From NCBI GenBank assembly GCA_041483895.1, contig JBGPGO010000005.1, positions 96,001 to 160,000 of the forward strand: a stretch of 64,000 bases of DNA, in the 5' to 3' direction. Under the pieces are notes generated by a model, which saw only the letters and a program-made list of their open reading frames with translations, did not search any database and was not told the DNA's origin. Numbering within the stretch: position 1 is the first letter of the stretch; each line of letters opens with the position of its first letter. Of the stretch, positions 28,781 through 38,979 are shown piece after piece. Origin of the DNA: Fimbriimonadia bacterium. Lineage in GTDB: Bacteria > Armatimonadota > Fimbriimonadia > Fimbriimonadales > JABRVX01. A program made the translations under genes and the position numbers.

Positions 28781-31135
28781 ATGCACAAAAGAGCCGTGGC
28801 TTTGGCTGTAGCCACACCTTTCATCGTATGCGCGGTATGGTGGTCCGGCGCGACACCCGTTCAAGCGTTCCAAAAGGAAGCGAGTCCAGGACAGCTTACT
28901 ATCGTGGGCAAAGACGGAAAGGTGGGCGAGCTGTGTCCCCTCTCCAAGACGACCGTCAACGCCGACATCTCCGGCTTCGGCGCCCGCGTCACCATGGTCC
29001 AGACCTTTACCAATCCGTCTCGGGACACGATCGAGGCGATTTACACATTCCCCTTGCCCCCCGACGCGGCCGTTGACCGGATGCGGATGAAGATCGGCAG
29101 CCGCGTGATAAATGGCCAGATCAAGCGCAAGGAAGAGGCTCGGCAAATTTACGAAGCCGCCAAGAACGCCGGTCAGGTCGCGAGCCTCCTTGACCAGGAG
29201 CGGCCCAACATCTTCACCCAGTCCGTCGCCAACATCACCCCCGGCGCGACCATCGAGATCGAGATCAGTTATGTACAGGTTTTGAAGTATGAAGATGGAC
29301 AATTCGAATTCAACTTCCCCATGGTGGTCGGCCCGCGCAACCTGATGGCGGCCCCCGATCCACAAAAGATCGCGCCCCCTACCGCAGCCACACGCACTGG
29401 AACCAACATCGAATTGAACGTGCGAGTGAACGCCGGAGCGCCGATCCAAGAGATCAAGAGCGTGCTGCACGAAGTGAACATCAACCAGCCCGGACGCGGA
29501 CTGGCGATGGTCAGCCTAAAGAACAGCGATGAGATCCCGAACCGAGACTTCATTCTGAAATACCGCGTCGCGACCGGCACGGTCACTTCTTCCCTGCTCA
29601 CCTACGCCTCGTCCCAACAAGGCGGCTATTTCACCCTGATCCTGATGCCGCCGAAGGCCCCGACGGAAGATCAGATTTCGCCAAAAGAGATGATCTTTGT
29701 GATGGACCAGAGCGGCAGCCAGAACGGATTCCCCATCGAGAAGTCTAAGGAATTGACCAAAAAGCTGATCGAAACGATGGGGCCGGACGACACGTTCAAC
29801 GTCATTGGCTTCTCAACCCAGGTCAACGCTCTCTGGCCACAGACCATGCGGAATACCCCGGAAAACCGCACCGAGGCCATCGCGTTCGTCAGCGCCTTAG
29901 AGGCGAACGGCGGCACGGATATCGTCAGGCCGGCGCTCGTTGCCCTAACGCCACCAAAGGACCCGGAGCGCCTGCGCATCGTGATGTTCAATACGGACGG
30001 CTTTATCGGCAACGACTTCGACGTGCTGGACACTATCCAGAAGAACTTGGGCGATGCGCGACTGTTCACCTTCGGCATCGGCAACAGCGTCAACCGGTTC
30101 CTTATAGACGCGATGGCCTCTGAGGGCAAAGGCGACGCGGAGTACCAGACCCTGGCCGAGACCGCGGACGCGGCTGTCGAGCGGTTCGTGAGGCGTGTGC
30201 AACATCCGGTGCTTACGGATATCGATGTGAAGTTCGACGGCCTACAGGTGACGGATGTGCTGCCTAAGCGCATACCGGATGTGTTCAGCGAGAAACCCGT
30301 CATCATCATGGGCCGGTACACGCAACCCGGTTCCGGACGCATCGCAATCGCGGGTCATTTGGGCAAAGGTCCTTGGTCGAACAGTATCAACGCCGCTTTT
30401 CCCGCCGTCGACAAGGACGGTTCCGCCATCGCAACCCTTTGGGCGCGCGCGCAGGTCGATGAGCTGATGCGACAGGACTGGCGATCGCATACCCACGGCG
30501 ATCAGACGGATGTGAAAGAGAAGATTATTAACTTGGCGCTGGATTACGGCATCATGACCCAATACACATCGTTCGTTGCGGTGGAGCAGAAGGTGGTCAA
30601 CGTCGGCGGGCGTCAGCGCACCGTGCAGGTGCCGGTGGAGAAGGCGGACGGCGTGCGATATGACATGGACTCGGGTCTCGTCGCGTTCGATAAGTCCGAT
30701 AACTCGATCGTCACGGGTTCTCTCGGCGGCTTCGGCGGCGGCTATTCGACCGGCCGCGCCGCCACCAAACGCGCAACTCTGTCCGGCGGCGCCCCCGCAA
30801 CTGCCGGGAAAGTCAGTGCTGGCGTCGGCTACGTCGAACAGAAGGACGAATTGAACAAGGCCGGCGAAGTCAAGCCAGATCCGAAGAAGTTGCGAGAGAG
30901 CCGATATGAATCGGTCGTCGCGAAAACATTGCGCGACGCGAAGGCTGGCGCGGTCGAAGTCCAGATATGGCTGAAGGAGTGGAAGATGAGCGACATCCAA
31001 AAGCTGAAGAAGCTCGGATTCACTCTGGATTCCAAGGACGAGAGGTTGAAGGTCCTCTTCGGCCGCGTGGACGCAACGAAACTGATCGAGCTGGCGCAGA
31101 TCGAGTCGGTGTCACAAATCCGTCCGTTGAAATAG
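28781..31135 (+). CDS. VIT + von Willebrand factor A domain protein
   Basis: EAIYTFPLP, ASLLDQERPNIFT, DQSGSQ MIDAS, TDG, TSFVAVE. Confidence 0.92.
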   Translation: MHKRAVALAVATPFIVCAVWWSGATPVQAFQKEASPGQLTIVGKDGKVGELCPLSKTTVNADISGFGARVTMVQTFTNPSRDTIEAIYTFPLPPDAAVDRMRMKIGSRVINGQIKRKEEARQIYEAAKNAGQVASLLDQERPNIFTQSVANITPGATIEIEISYVQVLKYEDGQFEFNFPMVVGPRNLMAAPDPQKIAPPTAATRTGTNIELNVRVNAGAPIQEIKSVLHEVNINQPGRGLAMVSLKNSDEIPNRDFILKYRVATGTVTSSLLTYASSQQGGYFTLILMPPKAPTEDQISPKEMIFVMDQSGSQNGFPIEKSKELTKKLIETMGPDDTFNVIGFSTQVNALWPQTMRNTPENRTEAIAFVSALEANGGTDIVRPALVALTPPKDPERLRIVMFNTDGFIGNDFDVLDTIQKNLGDARLFTFGIGNSVNRFLIDAMASEGKGDAEYQTLAETADAAVERFVRRVQHPVLTDIDVKFDGLQVTDVLPKRIPDVFSEKPVIIMGRYTQPGSGRIAIAGHLGKGPWSNSINAAFPAVDKDGSAIATLWARAQVDELMRQDWRSHTHGDQTDVKEKIINLALDYGIMTQYTSFVAVEQKVVNVGGRQRTVQVPVEKADGVRYDMDSGLVAFDKSDNSIVTGSLGGFGGGYSTGRAATKRATLSGGAPATAGKVSAGVGYVEQKDELNKAGEVKPDPKKLRESRYESVVAKTLRDAKAGAVEVQIWLKEWKMSDIQKLKKLGFTLDSKDERLKVLFGRVDATKLIELAQIESVSQIRPLK

Positions 31136-31301
31136 GCGCTCCGTGTTGGGGTCTTCTGTGGTCCGCATACTATCCGAAGCGGCAAACGAGGACGCCAACA
31201 TAACATTCCGATTTTGTCATTCGTCAACCCTCATAATCCAGCTCGGCACCCGAAAACAGCCAGTCTCAATGGGAGACACTGCACGACGAATCGATCGAGC
31301 G

Positions 31302-32117
31302 CTAGACCCTCGCATTCATTCGGCCTCGCCGCCGATATAGTATGCCTCCGAGTCCCATAACCACCATCGCATAGACACTCGGCTCCGGTGTGACCTTATA
31401 CTGCCAGCTAAGGATGTCCTGCTGGGCGCTGGCGCCACCGGTTCCGCCCGTGAATCCCACCCACGCATTTCCATCGCCAAGAGCTAAGAGAGTTGAGAGA
31501 TTGATGTTGCTTGTAACGAGCGGATTTACCAGGTCTCCTACATACACGTTCATCTGTCCCTGCACGTAATCGATGACCGCAGTATGTACATTGCCATCCT
31601 TAAGAGTGAACGACGGTGTTCCTAGTCCTAATGAGTAAATTTCATCTGGGCTATTCTCCAAGGTGCCACGAGAATGGATGCTCACATGATTATCGTTTGG
31701 ATCGCCTAGGGTCACGAAACGGTAGATATCGAACTCAATTGCAAGGCTACTCTTAATTCCGGGATAGTAAGTGCTGCCTACGGTGTCCAAGCCATAACCG
31801 AGCCCGGAGCCACCGGCGCCTATCGCGCCGAGACCTTCATTCTGGACGATGAAAGTAAACCCGTCTGCCGTCCCGGAAATCTGAAACTGGAAGGTAGAAC
31901 GAAATCCTCCGGCGACGGACTGCTTCTGTGTGTAATACGCGGCACCGCGCTGGCTGTTCGTATTAGGAGTGATTCGAAGCCGGTTGCTCACGATCTGAGT
32001 GTTGCCGACAAAACTTAGCCCGGCTCCGGAAGAGAAATCGTTGTACCCAAAATCCGAAAAGGCGGTTGTTGCGAGAATGGCGAAGATTCCCGAAAGCGTG
32101 ATGGTGCGCAGTTGCAT
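31302..32117 (-). CDS. Legume-lectin-like domain protein with PEP-CTERM sorting signal
   Basis: ADGFTF, LAIEFD, NHVSI, WVGFTGGTG; C-terminal TPEPS-TM-RRR. Confidence 0.85.
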   Translation of the reverse strand: MQLRTITLSGIFAILATTAFSDFGYNDFSSGAGLSFVGNTQIVSNRLRITPNTNSQRGAAYYTQKQSVAGGFRSTFQFQISGTADGFTFIVQNEGLGAIGAGGSGLGYGLDTVGSTYYPGIKSSLAIEFDIYRFVTLGDPNDNHVSIHSRGTLENSPDEIYSLGLGTPSFTLKDGNVHTAVIDYVQGQMNVYVGDLVNPLVTSNINLSTLLALGDGNAWVGFTGGTGGASAQQDILSWQYKVTPEPSVYAMVVMGLGGILYRRRGRMNARV

Positions 32118-32268
32118 TTTCTTGCTCCTTTAGCAATAAGTGATGTGGCACCCAGGAGCAAAGTGAATCGGATGACTCGAAAACAGAACTATATCGGCAG
32201 TCGGTCCAATTGTAACAGATTATCGCCGAAACTTGATCATCTTCATCGGGGTTTATCAGTTGCGGACA

Positions 32269-32298
32269 ATAGGACTTATGGGACATATAGGTCATATG
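32269..32298. repeat. 9-nt periodic intergenic repeat
   Basis: ATAGGACTT ATGGGACAT ATAGGTCAT ATG; related to 36688-36726. Confidence 0.55.
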
Positions 32299-32326
32299 AG
32301 GCGCCTTGGATGGGGTCTACTAGGGC

Positions 32327-33145
32327 ATGAAAACCCTCGTGCTACTCGCCTCGCTGTTAGTCGCCGCAGCCCAGGCCCAGCAGGTTGCCGACTCGAACTA
32401 CGATGTCAGCGTCAAAAAGCCCACCTACGGACATGTCCATCCAAAAGTGCTATTCGACGAAGCCCACAACAACTTCCACACAACAATTGGAAGGTACAAG
32501 CCGTTTGCCGATCTGATGCGCAACGACGGCTTCCATATCACTCCCAGCGACAAGCCGTTCGGCAAGGAAACCCTCCAGGGATACAAGATACTTGTGATCG
32601 CCAACGCACGCGCTCCGAAAGGCGGAGGATCGCTGCTGCTCATTGCGGATCATGCGCCGATGGGCTACAACGCCGAAATCTTGGCCAAGCGTTTCAGTGT
32701 GGATATGAGCAAAGGATTCACCGCCGACGAGAAGCATTGCAAGGACAAGGACGAAACCACGCTGATTTACAGCCGGGAGAACGGGCTGCTCGGAAAACAT
32801 GAAATCACAAAGGGAATCAATACGGTTGTCGCCTTCACAGGCCAATCCCTGAGCATCCCGAAGGGCGCATCGGTTTTACTGCAGCTCGCCTCGACCGCTA
32901 CGGACCGGCAGCCGGACATCGAACGATCGCAAAAGGAAAACAGGATGATCCTCGGAGATTCAATATCGGCCAAGGGCCGCGCGCAGGGGATCGCGTTCCA
33001 GCATGGCAAGGGCCGAGTGGTCATCTTGGGGGAGGCCGCAATGCTCACGGCGCAGGTCGCGGATGGCGAGAAGTTCGGCATGAACGCGCCGGGCAATGAC
33101 AATAGACAGTTTGCGCTGAACATCATGCACTGGCTGGCGCGATAG
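32327..33145 (+). CDS. Secreted DUF4350/GATase-like fold protein
   Basis: VLFDEAHNN, GGSLLLIADH, GKGRVVILGE, DNRQFALNIMHWL. Confidence 0.75.
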   Translation: MKTLVLLASLLVAAAQAQQVADSNYDVSVKKPTYGHVHPKVLFDEAHNNFHTTIGRYKPFADLMRNDGFHITPSDKPFGKETLQGYKILVIANARAPKGGGSLLLIADHAPMGYNAEILAKRFSVDMSKGFTADEKHCKDKDETTLIYSRENGLLGKHEITKGINTVVAFTGQSLSIPKGASVLLQLASTATDRQPDIERSQKENRMILGDSISAKGRAQGIAFQHGKGRVVILGEAAMLTAQVADGEKFGMNAPGNDNRQFALNIMHWLAR

Positions 33146-33154
33146 ATCCGCTCG

Positions 33155-33745
33155 CTATCTGTCGGGTAGGAATTTTGGATCGACGCGGCCGCTAACCATA
33201 TCATAGACCGCTCCCACCAATAACGCCTGTCCACCTTGGATGCGCGAGCGGAGATCGAGGCTTTGGATGCGAATTGCTTCGAGCGACATTTGAACGTTCT
33301 CGTAAATCGCGGCCGTCAACAGATCCGGCGTGGGATGAGACTGCGCACGCTGCACGGCGGAGTACAAGCGCAAGACCACGGGACCAAGTGGACCAACGGC
33401 GGCGCTGTTGGACGCGGCGGCTTCGACAGCGGCACAGTGCGAGTGCCCGAGAACCAACAGCAGCGGGGCGCCGAGCTGACACACGGCAAATTCGAGGGCC
33501 GCTAGCGTCTCGCTGGTCACGATATTTCCCGGCACCCGCGTGACGAACATGCGGCCCAACGGCTGATCGAAAACGATTTCCGGCGCTGTGCGGCCGTCGG
33601 AACAGCAAAGCACTGCCGCAATGGGAGCAACATGGGCGATCAGCCCGCGGCGAACCTGTTCGTCATGCTCCCACGCGGCCGGACGACATTCCGCAAATCG
33701 CTCGTTTCCTTCCAACAGCTCGCGCAGCGCTTCTTGTCCCGTCAT
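33155..33745 (-). CDS. Beta-carbonic anhydrase
   Basis: GNERF, CSDGR, GHSHC Zn ligands; start 33745 or 33751. Confidence 0.88.
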   Translation of the reverse strand: MTGQEALRELLEGNERFAECRPAAWEHDEQVRRGLIAHVAPIAAVLCCSDGRTAPEIVFDQPLGRMFVTRVPGNIVTSETLAALEFAVCQLGAPLLLVLGHSHCAAVEAAASNSAAVGPLGPVVLRLYSAVQRAQSHPTPDLLTAAIYENVQMSLEAIRIQSLDLRSRIQGGQALLVGAVYDMVSGRVDPKFLPDR

Positions 33746-33868
33746 TGACATTGATTATGACGGTTGGGTTGGGGCTGTCATGCGACGTCCCTTGAAAATG
33801 CGGCAGCGACCCGATCCTCTCCCCGTTCAGATGCCACGATTATGGTGTTCTTGAAGTAATATGAAAGC

Positions 33869-35086
33869 GTGATCAAGGCAGCCTATCTCCTCGGTCTGGT
33901 GTGCCTGTGTTCTGCGACAATCCTCGCGATTTCGGACTGCGGCACGCGGAAAACAGCCACGCCGAAAAAAATAATCACCGATCCTGGCTGGCGAAAGCTG
34001 GTGCGGGCCATCGACATGATCCGGAAGAACCCGGCGACTGTTGATGCAAACAGCAAAGGTGATTTGATGGAGCTTCCCGTTCGCGAACAGAAGGCGCTTG
34101 TTGCGGCAAATCGCGACGGGCTGAATGCCCTGCGGCAGGTGGCGCGAGCTGAAATCCATGTTCCCCCAGAGTCAACGGATAAGACCGGCTTCTATCTTCC
34201 CATGTGCCGCGAATCCGTGCGAATGCTGGCCGTGGCAGAGCAACTTGCCTTCGCCGACGGAAGCACCCGAAAGGCTCTCGCTGATCTGTTCGATGGGATT
34301 CGCCTGGGGCAGACGCTACAACAGGCGACCTTCACAACATGTAGGGTGGGCGTCGCTTGCGAGTCCCTTGTGGCAGAGCCCTTTGCGAAGAATTTGGATC
34401 GACTATCGCCAAAGGATTGCGAAGCGATTTTAGACGTGATTGCCCGTCATCTAAAGGAACAAATCCCCATCGCATCGATCGCCGCGGGGGAAGACCGAGA
34501 GATTCACGATATGCTCATCGACCTTGTGAAGAGGAATGAGAAAGATCTCATTCATGATGTCAGCCGTCTGCCCGGTGGCGAAAACATAGAAGACCGTCTG
34601 CGAAAAGACCCACATACTTGGGAAAAGCTGATTCGCCGATCCGATCAGGTGAGAGGTCAGATTTACCGGGCGTTTGTGGCAGACATGGCCAAGCCGTTCC
34701 GACAACGGACCGTCGAAGGGCTCAAAGCTCCTCCAGACGACCTACTGACACAAATTATGATCGATGCACTGTACGGTACAGGCAACCTGAAGGGCTTTTC
34801 TATATGGCAGACCGCGCGCGAAGCCCATTTGAAGCTTATCGGCTTGCATGCGGCGATTGCTGCCTATCGCCTCGAGCACGGAAAGTTGCCAGACGCTCTC
34901 GCGGATCTGCGCCAGAAAGATCGCACGATCGATCCGTTTTCTGGTGAGCAGTTCCGTTACGCGCGCGACAAATCGGATTACAGACTCTATTCCGTTGGGG
35001 CGGACCTAAAGGACGATGGGGGCAAGCCCGGCAAGGGCTATTTTGGCAAAGGGGACCTGTTCCTCACGATGGACGGCAGCCGGTGA
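33869..35086 (+). CDS. Exported hypothetical protein with pseudopilin-like C-terminal motif
   Basis: Long ORF; LPDALADL..DPFSG..FRY..LYSVGADLKDDGG. Confidence 0.7.
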   Translation: MIKAAYLLGLVCLCSATILAISDCGTRKTATPKKIITDPGWRKLVRAIDMIRKNPATVDANSKGDLMELPVREQKALVAANRDGLNALRQVARAEIHVPPESTDKTGFYLPMCRESVRMLAVAEQLAFADGSTRKALADLFDGIRLGQTLQQATFTTCRVGVACESLVAEPFAKNLDRLSPKDCEAILDVIARHLKEQIPIASIAAGEDREIHDMLIDLVKRNEKDLIHDVSRLPGGENIEDRLRKDPHTWEKLIRRSDQVRGQIYRAFVADMAKPFRQRTVEGLKAPPDDLLTQIMIDALYGTGNLKGFSIWQTAREAHLKLIGLHAAIAAYRLEHGKLPDALADLRQKDRTIDPFSGEQFRYARDKSDYRLYSVGADLKDDGGKPGKGYFGKGDLFLTMDGSR

Positions 35087-35204
35087 CCACGTGAGGATGC
35101 GACCTCACCCTATTTCAACAATGAATTGGAGGCCGGGGTCGCCTTGTCGTGGTCCAAGGCCATTCCCTACGTATTCGAGTCTGAGAGCGCGGTAAAATCG
35201 GGCC

Positions 35205-35756
35205 GTGATCAAGACCGTGCCAATGGAAGTCGTCATCCCGCCCCACGCGGAGGAGTGGTACCACGTCGTCAACCCGGACGTGGTGAAGTACCCCGCCGCC
35301 GTGCTGCGCAGCGTCGCCAAGCCGGTCGGACGCATCACACAGGGCACACAGGGGCTCATCGACAGGATGCTAAAGGCGATGAAGGACGCGCGCGGGATCG
35401 GTCTCGCCGCGCCACAGATTGGCGTTTTGGAGCGCGTCTGCATCGTCGCCCCCGCCGACGAACACCCTATGATCCTGATCAATCCGGAGATCGTCAGCTC
35501 AACCGGACTCATGATCGGGCAGGAAGGGTGCCTCAGCATTCCCGGCCTCTATGGCGACGTGGAGCGATATGCCGAGGTCGAGGTCAAGGCCACCAATCGT
35601 CGTGGGAAGCCGGTGCGGCTGAAGTTGGAAGGCATGACGTCGCGGGTTGCCCAGCATGAAATCGATCATTTGGACGGGGTGCTGTTCACGGACCGCGTGG
35701 ACGCGACCACCTTGCATTGGCGGCACCCGCACGCGGAGGACGAAGACGAAATATGA
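35205..35756 (+). CDS. def: Peptide deformylase
   Basis: GIGLAAPQIG, EGCLS, QHEIDHLDG. Confidence 0.97.
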   Translation: MIKTVPMEVVIPPHAEEWYHVVNPDVVKYPAAVLRSVAKPVGRITQGTQGLIDRMLKAMKDARGIGLAAPQIGVLERVCIVAPADEHPMILINPEIVSSTGLMIGQEGCLSIPGLYGDVERYAEVEVKATNRRGKPVRLKLEGMTSRVAQHEIDHLDGVLFTDRVDATTLHWRHPHAEDEDEI

Positions 35757-36673
35757 CGCTGGTGTTTTTCGGTACCGCTGAGTTTGCGGTGCCAGCTCTC
35801 CGCGCAATCGCCGCCTCTTCTCATACAATCCTCGCCGTCGTGACCCAGCCGGATCGGCCGACCGGCCGCGGCATGAAGCTCCATTCTTCCCCCGTTTGTG
35901 CCGCCGCTGTGGCCGTCGGACTTCCGGTGATGAAGCCCGAAAAGTGCCGCGATCCGGAGTTTATCGAACAGATCGGCTCGATGGAACCGGACGTGTTGGT
36001 GGTTGCGGCGTATGGCCAGATCATGCCGGTTGCGCTGTTGGAGTCGGCCAAGTTTGGCGGGATCAACATCCACGGGTCGCTGCTGCCCCGATGGCGAGGG
36101 GCGGCGCCGATCCAACGCGCCATCCAACATGGAGATAGCAAGACAGGCATCACGATCATGCAGATGGACAAGGGGATGGATACCGGCGACATCTTGATGC
36201 AAGACGAGATGCCGATATTGTCCGATGCAACGGCGGAATTTGTCACGCATTGGTTGGCAGAGTTGGGCGCATTAATGATCGTCCGGGCGCTCGATCGACT
36301 TCCCGATCTGACTCGAACACCTCAAGGCGGATCATTGGCGACTTACGCGCCCCGAATCAAGCCGGAGGAGGGTCGAATCGACTGGGGGCGCACGTCTGTC
36401 GAGATTTACAACATGTATCGCGCCTTCACTCCTCGCCCCGGCGTGTTTGCGACCGCCGGCGGAAAGAGATTGAAGATTATCGAAATGCGACCCGCGGGGG
36501 ACGGCGGAGAGCCCGGTATTGTCACATCAGTGATCTCTGGCGGCATCCTGGTCGCGGCGGGCAGCGGCTCGCTTCAATTGATTCGGGTGAAGCCGGAGGG
36601 TAAACCGGAAATGTCCGGCACGGCATTAGCAATCGGCCATGGCATCCGGCCGGGGAGCCGATTCGGATTGTAG
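35753..36673 (+). CDS. fmt: Methionyl-tRNA formyltransferase
   Basis: VVTQPDRP, NIHGSLLPRWRGAAPIQ, GMDTGD; ATGA overlap with def. Confidence 0.97.
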   Translation: MTLVFFGTAEFAVPALRAIAASSHTILAVVTQPDRPTGRGMKLHSSPVCAAAVAVGLPVMKPEKCRDPEFIEQIGSMEPDVLVVAAYGQIMPVALLESAKFGGINIHGSLLPRWRGAAPIQRAIQHGDSKTGITIMQMDKGMDTGDILMQDEMPILSDATAEFVTHWLAELGALMIVRALDRLPDLTRTPQGGSLATYAPRIKPEEGRIDWGRTSVEIYNMYRAFTPRPGVFATAGGKRLKIIEMRPAGDGGEPGIVTSVISGGILVAAGSGSLQLIRVKPEGKPEMSGTALAIGHGIRPGSRFGL

Positions 36674-36687
36674 CGTGCATCGTTCAA

Positions 36688-36726
36688 TTAGGACTTATAG
36701 TACGTATGAGACCTATAAGTCCTATG
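36688..36726. repeat. 9-nt periodic palindromic repeat between convergent genes
   Basis: TAGGACTTATAG (36689-36700)/CTATAAGTCCTA (36713-36724). Confidence 0.6.
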
Positions 36727-36767
36727 ACCTCCGGAGATGGATACTGTTTGGCGCGCTGAGGCCGAAT

Positions 36768-37850
36768 CTAGTCGCCGCCTTGCGGCTCGCCGGGTTGGGT
36801 CTGCTTGGGCATCGCGCTCGGAGGGATGATGGGAACGATAAAGTTCTCCATCTTCGCCTTTTCCTGGAGCTCCCGAACCAACATGCTGCGGCGCATATCG
36901 GTGATCCGCTTGGTCGCCGCCTGATATTCCGCGGGAGTGGCTCCCGTGCCGAATTTGGTCGCGCGAATAATCTGGTAGCCGCCAGGAGTCTCGACCGCAT
37001 CGGCGATATCACCGGGCTTCAGCTTGAAGACCGCTTCGGCAAACTTGGGATCGAGCTCGTCCCTCCATTTCCAGCCAAGATCGCCGCCCTTCCCTTTCGT
37101 GAACGGGTCCTCGCTGTACTTCTGCACGGCATCATCCCATTTCATTCCGCCGCGAATTTCTGCCACGATCTTGTTCGCCGCTTCCAGCGTCGCCTCCTTG
37201 TTCTTCGCTTGCTCTTCCGGCGTGTTTCCGGGAACGCGAACGACAATCTGGGCCGACTGGATTAGGTCCGACTTCTTGAGACCCTTTTCGGTAATCTTGT
37301 CCAGTTGAAGGGTCGCTCGAAGTTGCACGTAAACGCGCGACCAAGAATTATTGAGCGCCATCAGCTCCTGGTCAAGCGTGTGGCCCTTGGGCATCCGGCT
37401 CTTCAGGTCCTTGAGTTGCTCGTTCATCATCTTCTTGACCTCGGCATCGATGACGACAACGCCTCGCTTCTTGGCCTCTTGGTCAATCAGCTTAAAAATC
37501 ATCAGCGTGTTGATGACGTCATTGCCGCGCCATTCCCAAATGAACTGCGCCACATCCGCGCCGGTAATTGCCTCTCCATTGACTTTGGCAACCACTTTGC
37601 TTGCCGGCCAGGGCGCCAAGAGCCGATCTTTGGGCACTCCGAATGTGGTGGTGGCTTTACTTGTCGGCGCCTTTGCTGGAGCTTTACCGGTGGTCTTTTT
37701 TTGCGCCGGCTTTTTTGCCGGAGCCGACTTTGCGGGCTTCTTCGTCCCTTGAACGAAAACGGATTGCTGGGTGTGGGCGCTTGGAACCACGGCAAGTAGG
37801 GGCAGCGCCAACGCCGCGAGCAAGATTTGGCGGATAGAAATTCTCAACAA
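36768..37850 (-). CDS. PrsA/SurA-like parvulin peptidyl-prolyl isomerase
   Basis: VAKVNGEAIT, YSEDP..KGGDLGW, VETPGGYQII. Confidence 0.88.
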   Translation of the reverse strand: MLRISIRQILLAALALPLLAVVPSAHTQQSVFVQGTKKPAKSAPAKKPAQKKTTGKAPAKAPTSKATTTFGVPKDRLLAPWPASKVVAKVNGEAITGADVAQFIWEWRGNDVINTLMIFKLIDQEAKKRGVVVIDAEVKKMMNEQLKDLKSRMPKGHTLDQELMALNNSWSRVYVQLRATLQLDKITEKGLKKSDLIQSAQIVVRVPGNTPEEQAKNKEATLEAANKIVAEIRGGMKWDDAVQKYSEDPFTKGKGGDLGWKWRDELDPKFAEAVFKLKPGDIADAVETPGGYQIIRATKFGTGATPAEYQAATKRITDMRRSMLVRELQEKAKMENFIVPIIPPSAMPKQTQPGEPQGGD

Positions 37851-37970
37851 TTACACCTCGATGATCTCTGTGGCGGGGCAATGGCCAGCCGCGAATTGTG
37901 CGATTCTTGCACGGATTGCCCGTTCCTGTCGACGGTTTCGCCCGCGCCCGCCATAGTTTCGACGCCAATT

Positions 37971-38933
37971 CTATCGCGGCACAGGCACCTGATTGAGTAC
38001 GGACATCACCGCATCGTCCGCGTCAACGCCTTCGATTTCCGCCTCCGGCCGCAGCAAGACGCGGTGCCGCAGAACAGGCAGCAGCACGGCTTTCACATCG
38101 TCCGGCGTTACAAAATTCCGCCCCTGCAATGCAGCCATTGCCTTGGAGCAGATAAGCACCGCAATTCCCGCTCTGGGCGACGCGCCGAGAACGAACTGGT
38201 CCGCCTCCCTCGTCTTTCGCACGATGACGCCGATGTAATTGAGTACCGAATCCGCAACATGGATTTGCCGCACGGTCTGGCGCAGTGCTGTGAGCTGACT
38301 CACATCAATTACGCGAGCGATCCCCACATCTTCCAAATGAGATGCCCGGAATCCATGGTCGTGGCGCCGCAGAATCTCCATCTCGGCCGCCTCTTCCGGG
38401 TATCCGACAACCACTTTCAGAAGAAATCGATCCAGTTGAGCCTCCGGCAGCGGGTATGTGCCCTCGTACTCGATCGGGTTCTGCGTTGCGAACACAAGGA
38501 ACGGATCGGGAAGCGGCAACGGCTCGCCGTCGATTGTCACGCGGCGCTCTTCCATTGCCTCCAAAAGTGCGGATTGGGTCTTCGGCGGCGTCCGATTGAT
38601 TTCGTCGGCAAGGAGCACGCTCGTGAAGATGGGACCCTTTCGAAGCTCGAACTTGGAGGTTGAAGCATTCAGGATATTGACGCCGGTAATGTCGGAAGGC
38701 ATCAGGTCGGGTGTGAATTGAATGCGTCGATACGGCAGGTCGCAAGCCAGAGCCAAAGCCCGAACCATCAGGGTCTTCGCGACGCCCGGCACTCCCTCCA
38801 AAAGCACATGGCCGTCCGAGAGCAGCGCCACGATAATCTGATCGATGACATCTGTTTGGCCAACGATTGCTTTTGCGAGCTGGCCCCGCAACTCCTCCGT
38901 CGCGGCGATGATAGGTTCGACATTTGCTTCCAT
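37971..38933 (-). CDS. MoxR family AAA+ ATPase
   Basis: GVPGVAKT, RIQFTPDLMPSD, DEINRTPPKTQSALLEAM, ATQNPIE. Confidence 0.95.
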   Translation of the reverse strand: MEANVEPIIAATEELRGQLAKAIVGQTDVIDQIIVALLSDGHVLLEGVPGVAKTLMVRALALACDLPYRRIQFTPDLMPSDITGVNILNASTSKFELRKGPIFTSVLLADEINRTPPKTQSALLEAMEERRVTIDGEPLPLPDPFLVFATQNPIEYEGTYPLPEAQLDRFLLKVVVGYPEEAAEMEILRRHDHGFRASHLEDVGIARVIDVSQLTALRQTVRQIHVADSVLNYIGVIVRKTREADQFVLGASPRAGIAVLICSKAMAALQGRNFVTPDDVKAVLLPVLRHRVLLRPEAEIEGVDADDAVMSVLNQVPVPR

Positions 38934-38979
38934 GCGCAGTACGATTTCGCCAACCCCGCAGCAATTCCTTGTGGCGGTC

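Noticed and set aside
28781..38933. VIT-vWA and MoxR as one system
   Set aside because: About 7 kb apart on opposite strands with unrelated genes between
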